Assembly (NCBI GenBank): GCA_946965045.2
Contig: OX337241.1
Span: 1,612,001-1,676,000, forward strand
Direction of reading: 5' to 3'
Origin: Epithemia pelagica
Taxonomy: Eukaryota > Protista > Bacillariophyta
DNA: 64,000 nt
The notes beneath the pieces were generated by a model. That model was given only the letters and a program-made list of their open reading frames with translations, had not been told where the DNA came from and did not search any database. This document shows positions 20,724-32,900 of this stretch, one piece after another; the stretch's first letter is position 1; each line of letters opens with the position of its first letter. A program made the position numbers and the translations under genes.

Positions 20724-23551
20724 ATGGCACCACTCGGCAGCGGAAAAGAAGGCGACTCGCGCTTCTTCACAACCCAGAAGAAGGGTGAAATGCACGAGCT
20801 GCGCATGGAGTTGCACTCAACGGATCGCGCTGTCAAAGTAGATGCAGTGAAGAAGGTGATTGCCAGTATGACGGTCGGAAAGGACGTGTCCATGTTGTTT
20901 ACCGATGTCTTGAATTGTGTGCAAACGGGAAATATTGAATTGAAAAAGTTGGTTTACCTTTACTTGATCAACTACGCCAAAACACAACCTGAATTGACCT
21001 TGTTGGCGGTCAATACCTTCGTCAAAGATGCCAGTGATGCCAATCCTTTGATCCGTGCGTTGGCCGTTCGGACCATGGGTTGCATTCGTGTCGATCGTAT
21101 CACCGAATATTGTTGCGAACCGCTCAGTCGAGCCATTCGAGATGACGATCCTTATGTCCGTAAGACTGCCGCTGTTTGTGTTGCGAAATTGTATGACATT
21201 GCGCCGGATCTCGTCGTTGAACGTGGATTCTTGGAGATTTTGCACGATTTGATCTCGGACTCCAATCCCAGTGTTGTGGCCAATGGGGTAGCGGCTTTGA
21301 GTGAAATTGCCGAAACGTCAGGAAAGGATGTGATGCGTATCTCTGCTTCTGTGTTGCAGAAACTTTTGGCTGCCCTGAACGAATGTACCGAGTAAGTTTC
21401 TGATGGAAGAAAGGGCAATGACGGGTGTGGTAAAAATCTCATATCTTTCTCGTGTGTTGTTTGTACTCTCCTTTGAAGATGGGGCCAAGTATTTATCTTG
21501 GATTCGTTGGCCAAGTACACACCTGCGGATGGTCGAGAAGCTGAGACTATCATTGAACGTGTAACACCTCGATTGCAGCATGCCAACTCGGCCGTCGTCA
21601 TGTCGGCGGTGAAAGTGATTTTAAGTTACATGGAGCTCATGGGATCGGCCAATAGCGACTCCATTCGTCACTTGACACGAAAGCTAGCACCACCCTTGGT
21701 CACCTTGCTCAACTCGGAGCCAGAAATTCAGTACGTGGCTTTGCGAAACATCAACTTGATTGTACAGAAACGTCCGCATATCTTGGAAAATGAAATCAAA
21801 GTGTTCTTTTGTAAATACAATGATCCCATCTATGTCAAGATGGAGAAGTTGGAGATTATTATTAAATTGGTGTCAGAAAAGAACATTGATCAGGTGCTGT
21901 TGGAATTGAAGGAGTACGCAACCGAAGTTGATGTCGATTTTGTGCGCAAGGCGGTGTCGGCCATTGGTCGTTGTGCTGTTAAACTGGAACGTGCTGCTGA
22001 ACGTTGTATCGGTGTATTGCTTGAACTCATTCAAACAAAGGTCAATTACGTCGTGCAAGAATCTGTCATTGTCATTAAGGACATTTTCCGTCGATATCCC
22101 AATCGTTACGAGTCCATTATTGCTACTCTTTGTGATAACTTGGACACGCTTGATGAACCGCTTGCCAAAGCCAGTATGATTTGGATCATTGGAGAATACG
22201 CCGAACGAATCGATAATGCAGATGAGTTGCTTGATACTTTCTTGGAAACGTTTGAGGAAGAGGACCCTGCTGTACAGTTGCAGCTGTTGACGGCAACTGT
22301 CAAATGTTTTCTGAAAGATCCAGAGGATACACAGGATATGGTAGGTTGAAACAATTGGATAGCCTTTCATGGTGGCACAGATCTGACATCATTTTTCATT
22401 TACAGGTTCAACGTGTCCTAGACATGGCCACAGAAGAATCAGATAATCCGGACTTGCGTGATCGTGGTTTTATCTATTGGCGTCTTTTGTCGACGGATCC
22501 TGAAGCGGCCAAAATGGTGGTTTTGGGTGACAAACCAGTTATTGAAGACGATACGTTCCGTCTCGATCCAGCCCTTCTCAACACTCTCATTTCGCAAATT
22601 GCGACCCTCTCGTCTGTTTACCACAAACCACCGGAAGCATTCGTCGTTCGACGCGGAACCGGCGAAGATAAAGAAGAGGAAGAAGATGACGACGAGGAAG
22701 AGGAATATGATGTGGGCGACTCAGCTGGTGCTGGTGGCGGCGGAGGAGGCGTTGACCTTCTTGATATGGGCGGTATGAGTTTGAATAACAAGGGTGGAGG
22801 GAAAAACGAACCCAAAGCTCCTATGGCTCGTGTTTGTGGACCAGAAAAATCTGGTGGGTTGGAGATCATGGCTGGTTTCCGTCAACTTAAGAAAAAGATT
22901 AGAATGGAGATGCAAGTGACAAATGTTTCGGCGTCACAGGAGATCGCAAGTCTGGCCATTCAGCTCAATAAGAACTCGTTTGGTCTCAATCCAGCAACTC
23001 AGCAATTAATTCTGAACCCTCCTCTCGGACAGGGACATACCGGCACAACACATGTGGAACTGACCACCACACCCAACATGCTGGCACCTATCCCTGCTGG
23101 ACAGCCGGCCTCTCCTCAAGTTCAAGTTGCAATCAAGAATATGCAGTCGGGTAATGTTTTCTATTTTGCTGCCAATTTTAACTTCGAAGCTCTCTTCTCG
23201 CCAGAGGGTACGATGGAACGATCGGCCTTTATTGAATCTTGGAAATCTATTGACGACCGAAACGAATTGTACAGCACAGTCTCTGACTTGCCTCGGGACT
23301 CTGTGGATATTGATGCTGTGACTCAAAAGTTTAAAATGTACCACGTTTTCTTCATCGCGAGGCGTCCAGTACCCAATGCTGAAGGACAAGAAGTTGTCTA
23401 CTTCTCAATGAGAACTTTCACTGGAATGGAGTTCTTGGCCGAGCTCACTTTCAAACAAGGAGTGAATGCATGCAAGGTTTGTCTCAAAACAGAAAACTCT
23501 GCCTATGGCCTCTTGGCCAAGACGGCTCTCGAGAATCTTCTCCGTAACTAA
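20724..23551 (+). CDS. AP-1/AP-2 adaptor complex beta subunit (3 exons)
   Basis: [13 protein letters not shown] and [16 protein letters not shown] motifs. Introns 21392-21478 (ECTE|WGQVFILD) and 22341-22405 (QDM|VQRVL). [16 protein letters not shown] and appendage domains are present. Confidence 0.96.
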
Positions 23552-23782
23552 CAAAGGGATGGTACCAAGTGATTAAGTATGTCTTCTTAAAAATAACATC
23601 GCTGGTTATTGTCTTTCTCTTTCTCGGACAATGGCTTAAAATCCCATATGATCCAGAGAATTCACTTTTTTTTAGGATTGGATTCGGAACCTGGTCACGG
23701 TTTCAGTCGTGTTAACAGAACCCGGTGTTCACGTGAATCAAATCCCCGAACAGGACGAGGATACCATAAGAATGCCTTCACC

Positions 23783-24640
23783 ATGAGCGTCCTTGATTTC
23801 CCTCTTCGACTCATTGCGTCACTGCTTATGGTTGCAATGCCACTGGTTGCAGCCTCTCATGCGTAGAAGTCACATACTCTCAGCGGCGGTGGGGCGTCGT
23901 GGAAAATCTTTGGAATGGGAGCCTTGTGTTTTATTTTCTCCCAGGTGATCCACGTTCCCCTCGTAATGCTCATACTCAATCCATTGTGCACAAGCGTTCT
24001 TGGTGTAACAGACCTGCAAGATCCGGCTATGCATGGTGCGCCCTTGGTTGTGTTTTCTACTATGGCCGGGCTGTTGGCTGGAATCAGCGAAGAAGGATCT
24101 CGATGGCTATTTTATCGTTTCTGGATCCAGCCAGTTGGAAGTGAAAACGTTTTTCCCAAAGTTCTCTTGTTTGGTCTCGGTCACGGTGGTTGCGAAGCAT
24201 TGATTGTCGGCGTTTTCTCCGTGTGCAGTGTGATTGTCATGACGATTGCAAGCGGTGAGGACTTTGCCCAAGCCTATTGGGCACTACCGACTGGACAATT
24301 CCTCCTGGCACCCATAGAGCGTCTTTATGCCATGGCAGCCCACGTCGCGATGTCCTTGTTTGTATGGCGTGGGTTTGTCACAAACCAACAAGCTCCTTGG
24401 TTGGGACTTGCTATTGTCTATCATACCGCTCTCGATGCGGTGGCGGTTTTTGCGCTCCGCACGTGGGGGGTATATTTGGTGGAAATTATCCTTGAAGTGA
24501 CTTTCTTTCCAATTTCCCTTTACGTGTTGGTGCACTATGTTAAAGTTTATCGTTCGGTGAGAGGTGGGTTCGAAGAAATCCCACAAGAAGATGGCGACCA
24601 ACAGGAGGAGACGGTGACCCCGTCACCCCTTCAGGAGTAG
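23783..24640 (+). CDS. YhfC/PrsW-like intramembrane glutamic metalloprotease, with in-frame TAG at 23864-23866
   Basis: AGISEEGSRW, GLGHGGCEAL, IERLYAMAAH and AIVYH motifs in a multi-TM protein. The upstream hydrophobic helix (MSVLDFPLRLIASLLMVAMPLVAA) is in frame but separated by TAG. Confidence 0.75.
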
Positions 24641-24867
24641 GTACGCAATCAAAGAACGGACACCGACAAGTAAGCGATATAGCATTGCATGGTTGCAATA
24701 CCTTGTCGACAATGTCGTGCTTACGTGCGGCAGGCCTAAAAGCTGATCAATATGGTAGAACCGGGGATTCATGGTCCAGTTATTGTTGATTCGTAGCACT
24801 AGCTCTTTGGCATGTTGTTTCATCGGATGCGATGCAACGAAACTCCCTCGCGTCACAACGACAACAG

Positions 24868-26886
24868 CTACTGCCAGTTGGCCATGACTGTAGGTGTGGC
24901 TTCCTTGTACAACAAGATGAGTCGACGCGATGCCGACGGAGACGACGAATCGATATTGCCCAGAATAACATCCGAATCCACTTGCCACGATGCAACCGTC
25001 CTGGGACCAAGTCTTTTGTCAGACATTTTGTTCGTTAACCGAGTCTTTATTTGATCCAGTGCCTTGGTCGAATAATAATCCGTTGATCCATCCAAGACAA
25101 TGGTTGTAACATTTGTAAAGACCTTGACCAACAGCCCCTCCAACATTCGAGAATCTGACACACGCTTGTCACAGTCAATGCAAACAAAGGCATCCATGTA
25201 CTTGAGAAAGAGCAATGATTGGTACAATCGTTTCATGTCCTTGAGACCCGTGGCATTGGTTGTGGTGCCATCAGGGTCTGTTTTGGTCTTTTTGTCGCGA
25301 ATGATATCTTGGAGTTGGCATGGAAGCAGGCGTGTTTGATGTGTCGTGACTACATCATCCAGCCACATGGGTCGATCTACCAAGGGATCCACCAGGACAA
25401 ACAATTGGTATTGTAGTGCGGTCGAGTGTAGAAGCGATTGACGATCAGGACCAATCAAACCCCATTCCAAAAGGCGTTCTGTGTGTCGTTCTTTGAGCCA
25501 CGCCACTACAAGTCGCCTCCAAGCTGGAAGTAGAGGCGTTTCGTCAGGAGACCCCGCTGAAGCTTTATTGGGCGTGCGCCATTCCTCGTCATGGACTCGA
25601 GCAACTTGATTGGACAACTGCGAGCGAATCCCTTCGTACTGAAAGGACGAACAATTCGCACCAGTCATCCCTGGAATACAAAGGTTACAATGGGCTTGTC
25701 CCCGATGTTGTGGAAAGGTTCCAAAAGGACAGGGCTCTTTCCTCTTTTTACTGTTGTTTTCTTGATGCAGGTGACTGCAGTTGACAAAGTCTCCCAAAGT
25801 GGAGAGGGAGCCCAAGCCATCATGGGTAAAACCAGCGGAGCCACTCAGTTGCAATCTGTTGGCATTGTTGCGACAAAAGTGCTCCTTCCAATGACGGGGC
25901 ATACGTATGGAAGGCGCCGCATGTCGAATGGCAAAGGCAATGCCATTGTAGAGGTAATGGGCGTCGACCAGTTGCAAGTTGTAGTCCTTGCTTCGATGTT
26001 GAAGTCGTTCAAGTGTTCCGTGGACGCCGGTTCGACAATTGTCTGACGAATAGCAGGTATCGTGAAAGCTAACAACGCCCTGGTCCGATAAGAGTGTGAC
26101 AAAGTTAGTAAAGTCCTTCCAGCTCTGTTCCAAAGAATGATCGGCATGAATGTGCAGGTAGTCGATGGACACATTACGGCTTTGGAGTATAGCAAAGGCA
26201 TCGTCCGTCAATTCAAACATGTACTCGATATCGGCAAATTCTCGATGCATGAGTGAAAGTGGGTTGTTGGCGTAGAATGTACTTCCCCATCCAGCTTGTG
26301 GCAAGTGGGCGTCAATGAGGTACAACTTGGAGGGTACCTGTTTCTTGTAGAAATTGTTTTGGTCGCTCCAGGAGGGAAACGCACGCTCCAAATCTCGTTG
26401 TGCTTGCCGCAGTATGCGAGGGACAAAGCCACCTCCACTGCCCAGCACAACAATGGTTCGAGCTTGAAAGGCATAGGCCCAGCTATAATATAACATGCCA
26501 GCACCCAAAAACACATTGTGATCGGCTCCATGACTTTCGGCCCAGGGAGCTTCGGCCAATAGGGTGGATCGAATCAAGTCCACATTCAAAAGAGACGCCG
26601 ATGACAGTAATGACGGAATCTGAGGACGATCTGGTGCTGAAAGGTTCTTAATTGGGAGCGCCATGGATGGTATCTTTGCCGTAGTAACTGTGGATGTCGC
26701 ATTCCAAAGGCGAAGGGCATTGTGAAGGAACAAGAAGCAAAGTCCGACCATGATATAGCTACTTAACAGTAAAGCATCCTTCGTCTTCATGCTATAGTTG
26801 CGAGAAACTCCTCGCTGTCGACCGTTGCTCCCCATACCAGAAGGAAGGTTGTTTTGCATGCTGGAGATCTTCATGTGCATCATCAT
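24868..26886 (-). CDS. Type II membrane class I SAM-dependent methyltransferase (Methyltransf_24-like)
   Basis: N-terminal TM helix; IVVLGSGGGF, LYLIDA, IDYLHIHADH and VSFHDT motifs; Cys-rich linker. Confidence 0.7.
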   Translation of the reverse strand: MMMHMKISSMQNNLPSGMGSNGRQRGVSRNYSMKTKDALLLSSYIMVGLCFLFLHNALRLWNATSTVTTAKIPSMALPIKNLSAPDRPQIPSLLSSASLLNVDLIRSTLLAEAPWAESHGADHNVFLGAGMLYYSWAYAFQARTIVVLGSGGGFVPRILRQAQRDLERAFPSWSDQNNFYKKQVPSKLYLIDAHLPQAGWGSTFYANNPLSLMHREFADIEYMFELTDDAFAILQSRNVSIDYLHIHADHSLEQSWKDFTNFVTLLSDQGVVSFHDTCYSSDNCRTGVHGTLERLQHRSKDYNLQLVDAHYLYNGIAFAIRHAAPSIRMPRHWKEHFCRNNANRLQLSGSAGFTHDGLGSLSTLGDFVNCSHLHQENNSKKRKEPCPFGTFPQHRGQAHCNLCIPGMTGANCSSFQYEGIRSQLSNQVARVHDEEWRTPNKASAGSPDETPLLPAWRRLVVAWLKERHTERLLEWGLIGPDRQSLLHSTALQYQLFVLVDPLVDRPMWLDDVVTTHQTRLLPCQLQDIIRDKKTKTDPDGTTTNATGLKDMKRLYQSLLFLKYMDAFVCIDCDKRVSDSRMLEGLLVKVFTNVTTIVLDGSTDYYSTKALDQIKTRLTNKMSDKRLGPRTVASWQVDSDVILGNIDSSSPSASRRLILLYKEATPTVMANWQ

Positions 26887-27675
26887 TGTGCAGACTGCTT
26901 GTTCTGGGCCCTGTGGAAAAAAGTGGGACGGTTGCGCTACCGGTCATTACACAGTCCTGGCACCATTGGAATGGTGCAAAAAACGGACGATTTACCCGTA
27001 AAACGAGCATGCCCCCAACGAGTTTCATCCATCCATAAAACGAGAAATATAAGTCGGATTTTGATGAGCCCAGGTGGGATCGAATATCGAATCCTCTTTT
27101 GAAGTAGATTCAAATGATAATCATAAGACTGGTTAACTCAAACTACTTCTAAAGTTACAGTTTCAAACATGTGGCATTTCGGCTTTAAGACTTAACGGTA
27201 GATGCGTTGAGCACTACACATTGATCCTATACAAATTTGAGCGGAAAGATTCAACGCATGGTGCTAGGACTGTGTAATTACCGGTACTTTCGCGCCCGAC
27301 GTGCGCCAAAGAAGCGCGGGTCTCACGCCGGCCACATCTGTTTCGGTCGCTCATAGATCAGGAAATCTCATCGGTTGGATTCGTACATCGCTTAAGATAT
27401 CTTTGATCAATAACGCTGGGGAAGGCAGGCGGTCGAGATCCCTTTTCGTTAACCCCCAGCAGTGTGTCTTTGGGCGTGTAATTTCGTTTTGCTCAGAGAC
27501 ATCACCGCTGGGGGCTACCGTTTTCGTCTGTGGTCTTTTCGTGCCGCTGTCTGCTGCCAAGTTTCGTTGATGGGAAGGCCATTCACCGCTATAGAACGAC
27601 ACATCCTTTGTTTCAGTATCCCTCGTCGCTGTGAACTTGTTACGTACAATTGTAAATCGAAGCGAAGCAGTAAAG

Positions 27676-29046
27676 ATGGGCCAGAAACATTCAGATAGTA
27701 TTTGTTCGGTAGGTACCGAAGGAACTGCATCAGGGACTGCATCCACCACCCAAGTAGATACGATTCCGGGAAACCAAGGCCTAGATGGGAATCAAGAATC
27801 AGAAACAAGATTGGACGACCAGAAGAAGAAGCCGATTGAGAGATGGATTTTACCGGTGGGAGCGGAGCAAATCATTTTGCTGTTGGTGGCCGAAGAGATT
27901 TTACATCAGATGCTGAACCACAAACTCGGTCAACCGGGAACGTTGGATCACAAAGTTCTGGGCGACTTGGTCACACGCTTTCCCGCTACGTGTTTGCGTA
28001 CCTACGAGTTCTCGTGGGAAGATGGACAAACCCGAGAACTTTATCCATTCGCCATGCTTTGTTGTTTGAGACCTCCACTGTGGCTCGCACAACTGTTTTA
28101 CAAGGCCAACCCACGTGCCATTTCCACGCAGGAATCCAAACGAGGCAGCTTGCCGCTCCATTATTCATGTGCCTTTGAAGCCAGTTTGGATGTGGTCCAG
28201 TTCTTGTATGACAAATATCCGGAAGGAGTGTGCACCCCACGCAAAGATCATGTCTACCCGCTTCACTTGGCATGTGGCTACTACAGTGGCAAGCCTACTG
28301 TCATTAACTTTTTGCTGGACAAATTTCCGGACGGTGCTAGTCAACGCTGCACCGATTTGTACTGGTTCCCCTTGCACTCCGCCGCCCAAGGTGGTGTACC
28401 ACTGTGTGTGGTGCAACGACTGTATAGTCTCTTTCCTGAAGGTGTTACTGGTTTAGACAAGTATGGGAAAACGCCATTGCATACCGCTTGTCGCAATAAG
28501 GGCAACCTCGAGAATGTGGAATTTTTCATACGCGTTGGTCCTCAAGCACTGCAGATGGAAGATTACGGCCACTTCAGACCCATTTTCTTAGCGGCCATGT
28601 ACCAAACACCAGAGGTGATCCAACTGTTGTTGAATCACACTCAAGAACGCGTGGACAATTTGGGTGCCACCCTCTTGCATTGGGCGGCCGTACGCAACTC
28701 CGCCAATGTTGTGGACTTTTTGGCCGGACAATTTCCTCAAATGTTGACTGCCCGAACCCGCGATCGTGATCAATACACGCCATTGCTGGGTGCCTGCTTG
28801 AACGAAGGATCGGTGGAAAGCATCAAAGTGTTGATCCGACACAATCGGCACACCTTGTTCATGGCCGATGGCGATGGACGATTGCCACTCCAAGCGGCAA
28901 TTCATGCAAATGCCAGTGCGTCTATTGTAGATTTGTTAACCCAAGAACACGAACAACAGGAACGGCAGCGAGGCGATAACCAGCAAAGAAACAAAGAACA
29001 AGGGCAGCAAGACACGACGGAGGAAGATACAATGATTGTGGATTAG
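27676..29046 (+). CDS. Ankyrin-repeat protein
   Basis: Repeated G-x-(L/T)PLH-x-A(C/A) motifs (GSLPLHYSC, YPLHLAC, FPLHSAA, GKTPLHTAC, GRLPLQAA). Confidence 0.9.
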   Translation: MGQKHSDSICSVGTEGTASGTASTTQVDTIPGNQGLDGNQESETRLDDQKKKPIERWILPVGAEQIILLLVAEEILHQMLNHKLGQPGTLDHKVLGDLVTRFPATCLRTYEFSWEDGQTRELYPFAMLCCLRPPLWLAQLFYKANPRAISTQESKRGSLPLHYSCAFEASLDVVQFLYDKYPEGVCTPRKDHVYPLHLACGYYSGKPTVINFLLDKFPDGASQRCTDLYWFPLHSAAQGGVPLCVVQRLYSLFPEGVTGLDKYGKTPLHTACRNKGNLENVEFFIRVGPQALQMEDYGHFRPIFLAAMYQTPEVIQLLLNHTQERVDNLGATLLHWAAVRNSANVVDFLAGQFPQMLTARTRDRDQYTPLLGACLNEGSVESIKVLIRHNRHTLFMADGDGRLPLQAAIHANASASIVDLLTQEHEQQERQRGDNQQRNKEQGQQDTTEEDTMIVD

Positions 29047-29939
29047 GTCGTGGTTTCTTTTATAGCTATTTCGCCTGGTATCAGAAGCCCCAAAAGTGTG
29101 TATTATTGCTTTGTTAATGCCACCTCTGTGCGAAAGACGGGCTTCGAGAACGCAGAAAGTTATCTCACAGTATAGACTTCCTCTTTTTTAATTTCAGAGT
29201 ACGCATTCATCTGTGGTTTAGGTCTAGTTTTATGTGCTGGTGGTGGAGTCCATTTTGCATAGTCTCTCTTGGACACAAACAAATATACCAGCTTCTTTTG
29301 TCTCAGTCCAAATTGTTGCCATGAAACCAAGATGCTTCCGATATGGCTCTCTTCCTTCATTCATCTTGATTGGCTGATGGACAGAGCCAAATCGAATCCT
29401 ACCCACATAGGATGAGAACCTACCTAGTTGGAGATTGAGGATTGAGGCGCTTCCCAAAAGGGGGACATGTTGGGGGAGGACTTGAAATTTGATATGCACT
29501 TGACATCATGAGTGATGACTGCGTGCGGAATTTTCTCCTTCAGAAGCTTTTTCATTCCAGTGTACTCGTGGTCATGGAAAAGTACAGTATTTATGGATAC
29601 CCCGCGCACTCCGTTCTCGATTGCGCGTGTAACTTGGGAAGATACATACATTGCTTGGCAGCAATTTATGTGACTCTGCACGCCTGCTCGCTTTCGCGTG
29701 ACGGCCTGTCACGGATCTCTCCCTCACATTTTTCTTTTTCTGGACATCGAACCCATTCACAAGATACGACTTGGTAGTTGGTACTACAAGGTGAACAAAG
29801 AAGAAACTTGTGATCACAAAGAAGAAACTTGTGATCCGTTCAACCAGACTAAAGTGGTAGAAGAATTCGTCGTCGCCTCTGAAGAAGATACAGAAATATT
29901 GGGAAGGAGGACTAGAATCGTGAAGGAAAATCATTCATC

Positions 29940-32900
29940 ATGTTGATCCAATGTGGCTTCAATCGTCTTCCCTTCTTTTTCGGGGTGTTGCAACTCGCTT
30001 CAGTTCTCGTCAACGTTCACGCTGATTCCAGCTTGTCCTGTGGCGTCCAATTCTCCTATACAAGTAGTGACTTCGAGTACGTCTGTGTTCCAACGACTAA
30101 GAATCCCACGTTGGCACCTCTTCCAACTCAGGCCCCGATAGCCATCCCAACAACGCCGGCACCGTTTGGTCAACAAAGCAATGGTTCAAATCAGCCCACG
30201 ACGACTAATCAATCGCCCTCACCAACATGGTCTCCTACGGTCACCACACCTCGTCCGTCTGTATTGAATCCACCTAGCCCTGCGACCGCACAACCGACGG
30301 AAATTCCATTCGGTGAGAACGATTTGACATCAAGCCCAACTATTCTTCCCTCCACAGTCCTGCCGAGTCGAAATCCCTCAATTTCTCCGTTGTCTCAGCC
30401 GCCTTCAGAGCAACCAACGTATGTGTCTCCGACGCCAGCGTCTTCGGTCCCAAATGGCACTCCTTTTGGCGAGAACGAGATGACTCTTTCCCCATCCTCT
30501 GTTCCCACCACTGATCCGACAACACGTTCGCCCCATCAACTCACGTCCAATCCATCCATTGAAGAAATTAAGCAGCCTTCTCAGGTCCCAACCGGCAGTC
30601 CTACTGTTGATTCATTTAGTCAATCTGAAATAACGTTACAACCCTCGCAAACTCCTACGCAACAGCTGCCATCTATGCTGACACCGGAGCCTACAAAGTT
30701 TCTCGGCAGCCCTACCGCAGAACCCAATGGTGATCCAACCATACCAGAAATAACATCAAGTCCATCATCACTTCCAACAAAGAACCCAAGCGTTGTCATG
30801 GAAACTTTCGCGCCAGCGGAAACCAGTCAACCAACGCTAAGTTCAACATCGACTCCAACACAAGCACCGACAGCAATGACAGCCCAACCAACGGTCCAGG
30901 CCCAAGTCGAATCCTCCACAAGCCCAAACCAGAGTTCATCAGTCGATATACCCACCCCATCACCGTCTGAACAAGCTCTTTCTTCGTATATGCCAACAAC
31001 ACAACAAACAGGTCAACAGGCCACCAACACGCCGACGGACGCACCCTTTGGACAGAGTGGAGTTACACCCAGTCCAGCAACAGCTACGGCCGACTCACCA
31101 ACAAGTCCTCCGTCGTCTTTTGGAACACCATCACCATCGGCAAACATAGAAGCTGCGACGGAATCACCGTCTTCTCTACAGCAAGGTACCTCGACACCTT
31201 CCACCGATGTACCCACATTTGCTCCAACCACAGTAGCCAATGTAGAAACAGACCAACCAACAATACCAGGCCAGACGGACTCCCCAAGTTCTGGTACGAC
31301 GCCAACTTCTGCGACACCAGGAAGTCCTACGCCTACGGTCACTCCTAGTATTCAAGATGAACCGACATTCCGGCCATCGTCACTAGCAACAAATCATGAA
31401 GCTTCTGATGAGCCGACGGACGCACCCTTTGGACAGAGTGGCGTTACGTCCGGTCCAGCAACAGATACGGCCGACTCACCAACAAGTCCTCCGTCGTCTT
31501 TTGGAACACCATCACCATCGGCAAACATAGAAGCTGCGACGGAATCACCGTCTTCTCTACAGCAAGGTACCTCGACACCTTCCACCGATGTACCCACATT
31601 TGCTCCAACCACAGTAGCCAATGTAGAAACAGACCAACCAACAATACCAGGCCAGACGGACTCCCCAAGTTCTGGTACGACGCCAACTTCTGCGACACCA
31701 GGAAGTCCTACGCCTACGGTCACTCCTAGTATTCAAGATGAACCGACATTCCGGCCATCGTCACTAGCAACAAATCAAGAAGCTTCTGATGAGCCGACGG
31801 ACGCACCCTTTGGACAGAGTGGCGTTACGTCGGGTCCAACAACAGATACGGCCGACTCACCAACAAGTCCTCCGTCGTCTTTTGGAACACCATCACCATC
31901 GGCAAACATAGAAGCTGCGACGGAATCACCGTCTTCTCTACAACAAGGTACCTCGACACCTTCCACCGATGTACCCACATTTGCTCCAACAACAGTAGCC
32001 AATGTAGAAACAGACCAACCAACAATACCAGGCCAGACGGACTCCCCAAGTTCTGGTACGACGCCAACTTCTGCGACACCAGGAAGTCCTACGCCTACGG
32101 TCACTCCTAGTATTCAAGATGAACCGACATTCCGGCCATCGTCACTAGCAACAAATCAAGAAGCTTCTGATGAGCCGACGGACGCACCCTTTGGACAGAG
32201 TGGCGTTACGTCGGGTCCAACAACAGATACGGCCGACTCACCAACAAGTCCTCCGTCGTCTTTTGGAACACCATCACCATCGGCAATCGTAGAACCTGCG
32301 ACGGAATCACCGTCTTCTCTACAACAAGGTACCTCGACACCTTCTATCGATGTACCCACATTTGCACCAACGCCGGAGGCGAATCGTGAGACAAATCAAC
32401 CGTCAATTATTGGGGGGACGGAAGCCCCAATTGCTGCCACAACGCCAACGTCTAAAACATCTGACAGTCCTACAGTCGCCACCAGCAGTCAGGATGATCG
32501 AACTGCCTTGCCGACATCACTAGGAACAAATCAAGAAGCTACCGGCCAACCAACGACTCCTCCAATTGGTCAAAGCCAAATTTCCCCGGCCCCAACAACA
32601 GATGCTACGAATCCTCCGTCATCGATTGGAACCACTATACCGACTAGCGCGCCGCCTTCTGATTTCCCAACATTTCAAGGAACAAATCAAGGGGCTACTG
32701 GCCAACCAACGAATCCTCCATTTGGTCAAAGCGAAACGTCCTCTGTGCCAACAACAGATACTTCTTCTGACTCACCAACAAGTCCTCCATCATCGAACGG
32801 AACTACTACACCCACAAGCGTGTCAACCACCACCTTCCCAACGTCACCGGCAACAAATAATCAGCAAGCTACGGTTCAACCAACGGACACCTCTTTTGGA

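Noticed and set aside
29791-29837. Third GTGAACAA octamer and a 21-bp tandem duplication
   Set aside because: There is no adjacent TIR. An 8-mer can recur by chance in 64 kb, and the duplication looks like simple slippage.
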